From positions 1-63,234 of the forward strand of contig CDMY01000504.1 of NCBI GenBank assembly GCA_001179505.1: a stretch of DNA of 63,234 nt. Reading direction: 5' to 3'. The number at the start of each line of letters is the position of its first letter. The stretch's first letter is position 1. Positions 1 to 9,708 of this stretch are shown piece by piece. Both the position numbers and the translations under genes were made by a program. Under the pieces are notes generated by a model. It was not told the origin of the DNA. It did not search any database and saw nothing but the letters and a program-made list of their open reading frames with translations. Source of the stretch: Vitrella brassicaformis CCMP3155. Its lineage: Eukaryota > Protista > Chromerida.

Positions 1-175
1 GGCGCTTGTGATTCCGGCAGTCACATCGTCGGCTGCATGTGGACAGCGCAGACGTCCCTTTCTCGTTGCATGTGCAACAGGGGGGCCCGCCGCCGTCTCG
101 CGGGATGAGGGTAGGTGGAGGGGGTTGAGTGTAGTCCGATACACGCTCGCTCATCCGAAAAGGAGGAGAAACAGC
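1..175 (-). mobile_element. Probable 5' end of a CRE-like non-LTR retrotransposon ORF (Cys-rich N-terminus), running off the window
   Basis: GC content jumps abruptly at ~175. ATG at 154 (minus) reads MSERVSDYTQPPPPTLIPRDGGGPPCCTCNEKGTSALSTCSRRCDCRNHKR. The CCxC...CxxxCxCR cluster resembles N-termini I recall from algal CRE-like RT proteins. It interrupts the viral polymerase. Confidence 0.4.
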
Positions 176-2639
176 CGAGAAATCACCAAAAGTAAACTGT
201 GTTAGACTCGATTTATATTTATTAAGATCCTTACCGAAAATAACATCTTCGTTTCTCTTTTTACTGCCATTTTGCGGAATGATACGTTTATTGTTTGGTA
301 TGATGTCAACTTTAAAGAATCCAGCAGGCAATTCATCAGTTTCCTTCTCATCTATGAGTTTTTGAAGTTTATTTTTCTCATTCATTGAATTCACCCAACG
401 GCTGTGTTCTATTGGGTAAGAATTCATAAGTAATTTATTGAATTTCATTACAAACGGATAGAGACTAACAACATCAAGAGTAACTAAATAATCATTTCCT
501 ACAATATCGTAGAATTCTTTTGTTTCTTCTTTGTTGAATGCTAACTCGTTACATAAATTATTTAAATCATGCAAATTCTTGACATTCTTATCACTATCGA
601 ATCTATTTGGCACATCTTTGTTTTTCTCAAATTCAAAATAGTCAATTAATTTTGGAAAAACTTTGCTTTCAAACAGACGCTTCCACAATTCACAACGTCC
701 ACCTACGTTATTTCTTTGAATAAACCAAAATTTATCTTGATTTTTCTGAATTTCAAATATTTCGTCCCCCAATTCAAAGCACCACATTTTATATGCCATT
801 GAAGCAAGCGTGGTAAACTTACGAATATCTACTTTAAATTCTTTCAGCATTGTATAAGCAAACTCGTAGTAAAACTGTAACGTCAGTCTAACGTCTTGTT
901 TGAGATACTTAATACACTCTTCTCTATACTTAAACAGTCTCTTTTTATTCTCTATCAGTGCCAACTTCATTGCGAATCTTATAAGGAAAGTCCTTTTTAT
1001 TTAATCGTCCAGTGCCAATATAATAAATATCGTCTCTGCATTTAGCAAAAAGATGAGGGAATTTGTCTTTGCCTACTTTAAATCCAAAATCTTTGGCACA
1101 TTCGTCTAATCCATAATGTTGCAAGAATAGAAATAAATCAATAATGGTATTCTTTATTTTATTGAACTCCCATTCAAAGATAAAGTATTGCCTGTTTTTA
1201 TTCATTTTGCTATCAACTGGTATATTTCGTTTGAGTCTTAATTCTTTCCATACAAATGACAAATCAAAACCCGCTCCATTAAACCAAAGAAGTTTTGAAG
1301 CACGCCCTTTATTGTTTTGTTCGTGTATGTAATCAATATATTCACTCAATGCATTGTCTCCATAAAATTGATGCTCATATCTATTATTTGACACATCCAT
1401 TATTCCCACGGCATTTACTTTATGTTTATCACCGTCATTTTTATCAGCGTAAGTTTCAAAATCTGTCGCCATAATGTCTTTTCCAATAATTCCCTCAATC
1501 TCTTCTCTATTGCCCGTTTCAATAAGAGATTTCAAATATTCGTCAATTAAATCATCTTCAAATACTCTCTTTTGCTCATTCTTTCTGCGTCGTGCTTCAT
1601 TCAAATTGCTCTTGTTGCATTTTGTATGCGTTTTCCAGTAAAATTGCAAACAGACATCACACTGCTGACAAGCGTGTTCTCTAATTTTCTTTTCTCCAAC
1701 AAGTGTATGAGTGCACTTCGAACATTTCATTATATGAGTAATGTTTTCATCAATAATTCAATTGTAGTGTTCATTGCTATATAGTACGTTGATTACAGGA
1801 AAAGCACTATATTTGTCATATTGCTTTGTCTCAATTTTTTCTCCGTTAATATGATATAGCTGAAAGTTGCGTTTATAATAATGAGATATTGTATTTTCAA
1901 TATCAGTTTTTTTTATAGGTGCATTTTTTATAGGTTCGTTAATTTTCTTTTTCACTAATTTCATCATTTCTTGGGTTCCTTTTTCATTTTGTAATTTCGC
2001 AACGTCTTTTTTCAGTGTTGTTTTTGTGTTTTTCATATCATCATTAAACGCTTTTTTTCTTGAATTACAGGCGTGTTCTTTATTCTGTAGGTAAATATTG
2101 ACGGCACGAAAAAAGCAGTTATCGTCTTTACTGTCTACGTCTAAATATTGAAAAATTAAATTTCCATTATCATCATAAACTTCACGAAGCCTTGGCTCTT
2201 TAATATTTGTATTACATCCGCCTTCTATATCATCAACACGATACATTATGTCACTGACTTTTACAGGGGTTGTCTCTATATTATATCCATCAGAATATGC
2301 GGTTGGATCAGATAAGCTTTCTAATTTATGAACTAAAAAATCATCAATTTAATTAACATCTTCCTCTGATGAAATTAAAATTTTCTTTTTGTTGTCAGCG
2401 AAAATTGAGCAAGCTTTGTATTTACCGTGCTTGTCTTTGCCACTGTAAAATCGTATAAATCCATTGAATTTCTGCTTTGAAAAATTAATGTCGATACTAT
2501 TTAATCCTTCTTTAATGATTTGCACAATATCATCAGCATTATTCAATCCATCGCCACTTATTTTGGCTCGCCAGAGTTCAGCAAGCACTTCGCCTCGCTT
2601 ACTCAAAAGCTGGTCAGTCTCTGTCCTGTAATTTATCAT
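176..2639 (-). pseudogene. polB: Protein-primed family B DNA polymerase with N-terminal terminal-protein region and OTU-like protease; C-terminally truncated
   Basis: ORFs 2349-2639, 1758-2246 and 945-1730 share one frame, separated by single stops (TAA 2349, TGA 1758). Motifs: DDNCFFRAV...NEHYN (OTU-like), CxxC Zn knuckles, ATDFETY (Exo I), WFNGAGFD (Exo II). After a 1-nt frameshift at ~947: KYLKQDV (Exo III, ~890-910), GGRCE (689-703), DVVSLYP (motif A, 455-475). Motifs B and C are absent before the junction at ~175. Confidence 0.92.
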
Positions 2640-2709
2640 TTTTTATTTCCTATATATACTATACATTTTTTAATCTTTAAATAAACCATATATGGCATTG
2701 ATTGAGTAA

Positions 2710-2952
2710 TTATTTGCTTTTTTGCTGTTTTCTTTTATAATAAGCATTTCTTGCATTTTCATTCACTTTTTCCCTATTTTTGGTTTTCCAATTTTTCTCT
2801 GCTTGTTTTTGTGCCAATGGATTAATACATTTAAAACCATATTCTCGGCAAATTTCTTTTAAAAGCTCAAATATTTTATCATCTGTCTCCAACTTTTTAC
2901 CTATCAATTTTTGAATATTATTACGAAGATTACTAATACTTATGTCAGTCAT
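2710..2952 (-). CDS. Small basic viral-type protein with WKTKNREKVNENARNAYYKRK helix
   Basis: AT-rich ORF directly upstream of and co-oriented with pPolB. A WxxKNREKxNExxRxxYxK-type motif is common in small proteins of large/midsize DNA viruses. Confidence 0.6.
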   Translation of the reverse strand: MTDISISNLRNNIQKLIGKKLETDDKIFELLKEICREYGFKCINPLAQKQAEKNWKTKNREKVNENARNAYYKRKQQKSK

Positions 2953-3654
2953 TTTATTGATTATTGTGTTATAGTATATATGTGTATAAAACATTTATTT
3001 AATTTGAACCATTATAGCAAAGACTGTATAACTAATTAACTATGTCAAAAAAAATGGATAAGTGCAAATAATTTTCTCTTTCAGGATAAAATATTCTAAA
3101 AAGACATAAGATGATTTCAGGAGGAAATTTTAATTATATTCAACCATTTCCTGTCCTAACTTAAAGTTTTACAGGCGACAATGCTAGTATTAATGATAAT
3201 ACAAGTATAATATTTTTTTTTGGTAAGTCAATAATATAAATTTAGGGTTCAGGCATCAGTTTGATTTCATTAATTAGGCGATTTCTCGATGGTTTTTCCT
3301 TTTTTTTGGATAAAGAAGCATGTGTCAGACTACATTCAATCTCCTCCATTACCCCTTTCTCTGCGAGATACCAGCGGGCCTTCATATTGTGCATACAATG
3401 CGAAAGAGCGTATACAATACGAAGGAGTAGCCTGCGCTATCCACATGCAGCTAAAGCTGTGACTGGCGAAGTGAGAAATACCTCTGCACTGACTATGTCA
3501 ACTACAAGTATGGCACATGCATAAATTTTGTGTACTCTGTAGACTCGGTCATTTGCAATGATGATGATAATGACTCTTCCCGAGAAGATATATATAAACA
3601 AATAATACGTTATAACTAGGATTGAAACCAGTTACAAAGGAAAAATGTCAACAG

Positions 3655-3924
3655 CTACCTCTTATTAATTTCTTTATCATATATTGTCTTTATCTTTTCA
3701 ACTAAATTATTGTATTTATTCACTAATTCTATGTATTCTGCCGTAAGTTGTTTGTAGTTCTTTTCTAGATCTTTGTCAATTTTATATTTTTTTTCTTTCA
3801 TTTCATCCATTAACTGATTGTACTTATTCTGTAAAATGTTGTAATTTTTAACTTTCTCATTTCTAGCTCGTTGTACTATTCTATTATAGAGTCGTGGATC
3901 ATCTTTTTTTCTGATTTTTAGCAT
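3655..3924 (-). CDS. Hypothetical viral coiled-coil protein (89 aa)
   Basis: Intact AT-rich ORF, K/E/N-rich with heptad-like periodicity, inside the element. Confidence 0.55.
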   Translation of the reverse strand: MLKIRKKDDPRLYNRIVQRARNEKVKNYNILQNKYNQLMDEMKEKKYKIDKDLEKNYKQLTAEYIELVNKYNNLVEKIKTIYDKEINKR

Positions 3925-3991
3925 TATATATGTATGACTTTTATAATTTTTTTTTTAATCAGTTTATAGTAAGAATATATACCAATAATTA

Positions 3992-4204
3992 ATGGATGAT
4001 ATACCAAAGCTTACAATTAATATACCTGATGATACAATAGATGATATGTTGAAAGCACTATTTAATGATAATGATAAGACAAAAACAGAAAGTTACTATT
4101 ATAATTTGATATGGTGTCTAATTGAAGGAATATTAATCATTGGCATTATTAGATGGTTCCGTAGTAGTAATAATGTTAGTAATTTATGTATTTATCAAGG
4201 TTAA
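3992..4204 (+). CDS. Small viral protein with one predicted transmembrane segment
   Basis: ATG-started ORF with hydrophobic stretch LIWCLIEGILIIGIIRWF. It ends exactly where the GC-rich insert begins. Confidence 0.5.
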   Translation: MDDIPKLTINIPDDTIDDMLKALFNDNDKTKTESYYYNLIWCLIEGILIIGIIRWFRSSNNVSNLCIYQG

Positions 4205-4585
4205 GGGTTTAGGCTCGCCATAGGTGCGTCTGCGAGGACCGATCTATCTACTTCACCCCGCTGTGCGTCACCGTGGATAGAGTGTGGGGGAGAGAGGCGA
4301 AGACGTTCTTTCGTCGGATGGTAAAAGCGATACGTACTAAGACTGCATAGCGTGACAAGTCGTATGCGCAAGTGATGGGATGGGTGCGTGCTCGTCTGTC
4401 TATTGCATTGGCGCGTGGTGTGAGTTGGTATGCGAGTAGCGGCCGGTGACACTGAGTGGTGCGCTCGGCTGGTGCAGCGGATGGGGCTGGTATGTTTATC
4501 GCTGACTGACTAATTGATTTGTCTGGGTGTACATTTATGATGGACTGACAGAGACGACGTCTCTCGCCATCGCGTTATGCGTTAA
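4201..4585. other. GC-rich host-like insert inside the viral element
   Basis: Composition switches abruptly at both ends. Starts with TTAAGGGTTTAGG, contains a host-style intron-like segment (gtatgt ~4490 to ctgacag ~4551), and has TTAA at 4201 and 4582. Confidence 0.7.
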
Positions 4586-4660
4586 TGTTTCACAATCAAA
4601 AAAAATTTAAACAACTATATTCAATCAGTAACTGCTCCTGAACAATATTTAAGAAATAAA

Positions 4661-4927
4661 TTGAAAGAATTAATCAAAATTCGGACTCAAATTAAGAACC
4701 AAAAAACTGCATATATTAACAAGTTTTTACGATTGGGATACACTGAATCAGAAGCCATTGCTATGTCCGAACATGTCGTGCGTCCGATGAAACAGACTGA
4801 ACTAATGATTTATGAGGAGTTGTTGCCAGATAAACTGACTTCATTAGCTTTGCGAACTCAACGTCAAATTTATGACGACCAAGGTTTAAAAACAAGTCAG
4901 GCTCTGATGAACCAACGCCGTAAATAA
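4661..4927 (+). CDS. Hypothetical viral protein (88 aa)
   Basis: AT-rich ORF at the head of the rightward gene block; TTG start, so the true start is uncertain. Confidence 0.5.
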   Translation: MKELIKIRTQIKNQKTAYINKFLRLGYTESEAIAMSEHVVRPMKQTELMIYEELLPDKLTSLALRTQRQIYDDQGLKTSQALMNQRRK

Positions 4928-4983
4928 TAATATACTTACATACATATACTGATAGACTATGGATGAATTTAAAAAGCAAGTCA

Positions 4984-6529
4984 ATGACATTTAAATACGA
5001 TGATGAACAAAAGCGTCGTTATCTTAAAGGATTAGCATTCTTAATTAATTATGCTAAAACGCAAAAAAGTAAAAATAATAATGAAGACACTGCTATAAAG
5101 ATTGAAGCACAGGAAGTCAAAGACGAAAAGCAAGCGTCAGAAAATGAAGAAGTAAAAAGAAAACTTGCCTAAATTCCTGACTAATGAGAGTGATATTTAC
5201 AGTGAAACACTGAAATTGCAGAACAATCAAATTATTTTTTCTTTGCCCGAAGGATACAAACTTAATTGGAATAATAAAGAGTATGACAATGTGAAAGGAA
5301 TATTAATTAATAATGATGATGACATACCTAATCTTGAAGATAACATTAAGAGTAATAAGTTACATAAGAACTCTATTATTTACTCTAACAAAGAAAATCC
5401 AAAACTTGAAACAATAATGAGTAAAATATTAAAAAGCAAAAAGAAAGCAAACGAATATATGTTTTTTGACGTGAAAGACAGCTATATTAAACCAGGAGAA
5501 AACAAGATGCCTGACCGTGGTGCTCGACCTGAACTTCTTTTGAAAGCAAAACCTCCGCCTGCTCACGAATATGTTGAACCACAGCAATCGCCAGAAGCAG
5601 AAACACCCGCTTCTGCTCGTTCTTCATCATTTCAGTCAGCAATTTCTGAACCTCATTATCCAGACCTACCATCACCTCCATCGCCAGCAATTCCTTTGCC
5701 CAGAAGAGATACAAGCACACAATTATATCCTAAAATTGAACCGCCACAGTCACCTGCTTCACCTCAACCGCAACCAACAAGCAGACCAGAACGCACACTA
5801 TCACCTCAACCACCACGCATTGAAACCACAAAAGGGCGTAATACAAGAGAGCAAGGATACATGCCACGCACAATTCCTACTGCACGCCCAGCATTTAATT
5901 CATCTGCACGTAGAGAATTTAGCTCGGAAAGAGAAACTTATCGTCCCCCACAAGGACAACAGCAGAGTGGAGTAGGACAAAGAGAAAGGGTCGGTGTAAG
6001 ACCAAGAGAAAGTGCAAGAACACGTTCGCAATATGCTAACTTACCATATACTATTGAAGAACCAGAAACGCCACAAGAACGCACACCACAAGAACGAATA
6101 TATAATTACGGTGATGATGATAGCTCACCTCCGAATATAATTATTAAGCCACCAAGACCAACACCCAAGGCGAAAGCGAGAGGAAAAGCGAAAACAAAAG
6201 CACAACCTTATTATCATCAACCAACAATACCAGAAAATAAACCTATGAATATTCCATTAATATCAGATACTTACAAACCTATTCGAAAACAGCGAGGACA
6301 ATCACGAACTTCACCTTACATAGAAGAACAGAGACAAAGTGGTAGAAAAGGACTGATAAAGCGGGTCACGGATAGAGAAAGGGAGCTAAAAAGACAAGCA
6401 CAAATCCCATCAGTGACTATTCCCGAACGAGTAAGTATTTTTAACCAAAATGTGCATTTGAAGAGAACCAAAAGTGAAGCGGAAATTGAAACTCCTGAAA
6501 GCACTGCACATATTTACGCATCAATTTAG
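4984..6529 (+). pseudogene. Large viral protein (~515 aa) with Pro/Gln/Arg-rich disordered C-terminal two thirds; split by a probable 1-nt frameshift at ~5157
   Basis: ORF 5165-6529 has no ATG at its start. Removing one A from GTAAAAAGA joins it to the ATG-4984 ORF (..ENEEVKENLPKFLTNE..). Confidence 0.55.
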
Positions 6530-6603
6530 AGCAAGTGAAGAAGACGAAGATTAACGAAGAAAATTTATTTTATATATATACATAATTCATTAATTACTAT
6601 GTT

Positions 6604-7306
6604 ATGTCTAATGATGATAATAATGCAGAAAACAATAATCAAGCAATTGAATGCGAACAAATAGTCCAAACTATCAGTAAAAGCACGCCCTGCTTAATCG
6701 TGGTTTATGCAAAAATCTGCGGAGGCAAAAGCTCATTAATTGGAGCATTATATAAATATCTCAAAGCCAAAAACACCTTTGATAATGAGATTATCGTTTC
6801 CCCTACGATACATACACAGTTTTGGACGAAAATTGGAGTTAAAAAACGTGCTTAATATGATGATTTTACTTTCGAACAGTTAAATCGTTTGTTTGATTAT
6901 CAAAAAAAGAAAAAAACGACAGAGTATTGCTAATTTTCGATAACATACTCGGCTCAAATATTAATACAAGAGATCCACAGTTTCTTAAACTGACCACCAC
7001 CTTACGACACCTGAATACAACAGTCGTCGTCATTGCTCAAAGCATCCGCAAAATTGACGTCGCCATACGGAGTAATTCAGTTTTTTGCTCATTGGCAAGA
7101 TGGTGGGTATCGCAAATATTAAGACTTTATACAATGAATTGTGGAGTGGCTAAATTGTTAAAAAGAATTTTGCTGGTCATTTTGATGATTTGACAGATAA
7201 TTATTAATTCATTTTTCTTAATAACAGAGCAATGAAAAAAGAAGATAAGATTAATATTGTATATTGTAATCTTCAAAAATGGGGCATACCAAAAGTAAAA
7301 AACTAA
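6604..7306 (+). pseudogene. A32/FtsK-HerA-like genome-packaging ATPase
   Basis: Walker A AKICGGKS (6709-6732), Walker B LLIFDN (6927-6944), RHLNTTVVVIAQ, IRSN. The C-terminus continues in a third frame (..TDNY*FIFLNNR..KVKN*). In-frame TAA at 6853, 7151 and 7205; frameshifts in the A-run ~6902-6916 and the T-run ~7081. Confidence 0.9.
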
Positions 7307-7851
7307 ATTTTAATATTTATTGCTATATATCGTAGCAGTATCCATCGTTTTTCACCTGCCCTGCCACCATCTGTACATTTGCTATTTGCATTGCCAACCC
7401 TTTTCCAGTCACTTCTCTTTCTTTTTCCAACTCACCCTCATTACCCTTTCATTGCCTTCCCTTTTGCATTCAGTTCTTTCGCTGTTTTTTTTCTTTTGCT
7501 TTCGTTTTGATTTTTGAACAGTCTATTTCCATCACTCTCCTTTCAGAGCCACAGCCATTATCACCAAGCCCCGTTCAGTCTCTCTTTGAGACCAACCGTT
7601 AGCAGGCCCAGCCGTCTGTTTTTTCGGCTCATAAAGTTCTGTATACCCATCCGCACCGAGGTTTGAACGTCTGACCGATACACTGCATTGTTTCCTCTTC
7701 TTCTACTGAACTATGGTGGCAGGTATCGCAGAGAATGCCTCGTTATTATGGATGAGGTTGTCATGTAGCTCGCAACCCCTTTCAGGCTTGATTCTTGTAG
7801 TTTCTTGCATCGCATCTGCCAATTTCGCTTGTCGGTAGAGTTCCCGCTGTA

Positions 7852-8240
7852 ATGGCGTGGACGATTGAGACGGGTCGGTGCAAGGCGTGCCACTCGTGTT
7901 TGAAGGCAGTGTGCAAGACCCACAGTAACGCCCATCTCAACCATGACAATGAGATGGTGCAGATGATACTGAACAAGATGAAGGCGATGGGAATGATAAG
8001 CGAGAACAACTTTGTATGCCTCAATTGCGTCAAGGTCAAGTTAGTTCAGGTATATGCGTGTAAACCTCTTGTCGTATGTATGTATATGTGACGTGCGCTA
8101 TGTGTGTCTGTCTGTCAGAGTTGCAAACTATTAGTATGTTCAACGCTACCAAGAACCTGTGCGAGAACAAGACGATGAAGCAGTTGGTGGACGAATACCA
8201 CAACAATAGCGACGAAGCCCAGCAGATGAACCTTAACTAA
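7852..8240 (+). CDS. Small Cys/His-rich (possible Zn-binding) protein, one intron
   Basis: CKACHSCLKAVCKTHSNAHLNH...VCLNC, then a host-style intron (~8050-8119) and a short second exon ending TAA at 8240. Confidence 0.4.
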
Positions 8241-8593
8241 TGAGGGCGCCATATAGTATGCAGTAGTGTGCAGAAGGGAGAAGGGAAAGGGGAGGGAGGT
8301 TGCGTGCGTGCGTGTGTTGATAAATGAATGATGTGTTTAGTGGGTAGGTGTGTGGAACATCTAGGCTTTAATGGACGGACAAACAGATATACATCGATAC
8401 GCATTCAAAGACAATAAACGAGTTCGCACGCACACGCACACAGAATGCATGCACGTACGCAATACACCACTCAAACAAATTTGTCTAAACGTACGCATGT
8501 AAGAACACTAGCACGCAGTGGCAAAACGCCACTGAATATATATGAGTGCCTCACATATGTAGAGGGGAGAGCACCTATATACACACACTCCAT

Positions 8594-8956
8594 CTACTGC
8601 TGACTGCGCTGAGTGTGTGTAGATCCGCCTTCATCACCCTCATCATCATCACCAAACTGCTGCGACTGCATGCTGCCTATATGCCCTCCTCTAATCTGTG
8701 CAAACGGGCTGCCTACTACCTCCCCTCCCCTGTCCCTTCTCACAGGGCTTCTCACCATCTCACCTCCCCCCATCCCTCCCATCCCTCCCATCCCAATCCC
8801 TCCCAACCCTCCCAATCCCATCAGGTGTCCCGCTCCTACTCCCACTCCTCCCACCAGCTGCTGCAATGCTCGCATTAGCTGCTGCTGACTAGCGGCAATC
8901 TCGGCCAACCGCTGGTTCGTCAATTGCTGACCGACAGCGAGCTGATTGACGGCCAT
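8594..8956 (-). CDS. Gly/Met-rich low-complexity protein, last exon of a host gene (5' part unresolved up to ~9400)
   Basis: Coherent Q-rich helix followed by GGMGG repeats and an acidic tail. Confidence 0.4.
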   Translation of the reverse strand: MAVNQLAVGQQLTNQRLAEIAASQQQLMRALQQLVGGVGVGAGHLMGLGGLGGIGMGGMGGMGGGEMVRSPVRRDRGGEVVGSPFAQIRGGHIGSMQSQQFGDDDEGDEGGSTHTQRSQQ

Positions 8957-9708
8957 GCCTGACGCTGCTGGCTGAGCTGCAACTGGCTGACGTTCTCGGC
9001 GAGCGCATCTACATCGATGATGCGAGGAGGTGCAGTTTTGGGTGTGGGAGGGGATGAGGGGTGGGCGAGTTCATGGTGGGAGGGGGGCGGGGGTTGGACG
9101 GGTTTATGGTGAACCCACGTCGCATGGGTATGTTGAGGGGGATGGTCGTGGGTGCGAGGGGGTGAATGGGCTGGATGGGCTGAATGGTGACCGAGGCGAT
9201 GAAACACCTAATCAATTCACACACACACACACACACACATACACACACAGACACACGCACATACATACATACACGTGTTGACTTACCCGAGCGACGAGAT
9301 GATGCAGGTGAATGCTCCCGGCCGGACGCCCTGAGTGGACTTCTTGGCTTGGCAGCGACACTCACACCACGCCGACCATTATGCATACTAGTCGAAGAGA
9401 TTGGACGCCAATAATGCGGCCAGAGTGTGTGAGTAGGGGCTGGGGCCACGTGTGGCGGCATCGGTGTGTGGCTCGAGATGCAGCGGACCGCGACGTCGAT
9501 GGTGAAGCCGTCGAATGTTAAATGGAACAGAAAGAGACAGAGAAAAAACCCTGCCTCCGTCTCTGTTTACGAATTCTCGCCATGCGAGCTTATGAGTGCC
9601 GGCGACACTCTGTGCTCTGCTTACTTTCCTTAGTGTGCACTCACGGTCGGATAGAACGCCAAGAAAAGCTTTGCGACCCAAAACTTTGAGCTGCCCCAAG
9701 ACCCAACG

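Larger units (their letters stand above)
176..7310. mobile_element. Degenerate endogenous Polinton/Maverick-like (PLV/MELD-type) dsDNA virus fragment
   Basis: Sharply AT-rich and intron-less with densely packed ORFs, unlike the GC-rich host. Encodes pPolB (minus) and an A32-like packaging ATPase (plus), the hallmark pair of Polinton-related viruses. Carries several stops and frameshifts. Confidence 0.9.

Noticed and set aside
3261-3524. 87-aa plus-strand ORF as a viral gene
   Set aside because: No recognisable motif, composition unlike neighbouring viral ORFs, and no frame is convincingly coding.
4201-4585. piggyBac (TTAA TSD) or Helitron origin of the insert
   Set aside because: There are no terminal inverted repeats inside the TTAA sites and no TC..CTRR ends. 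TTAA is frequent in AT-rich DNA, and the agagac-gac-gtctct hairpin alone is insufficient.
945-7207. Stop-codon reassignment (TAA=Gln, TGA=Trp) in the viral element
   Set aside because: The 454-aa and 261-aa ORFs contain many Gln codons with no internal TAA/TAG, genes terminate in TAA, and frameshifts co-occur. Decay explains the pattern better.
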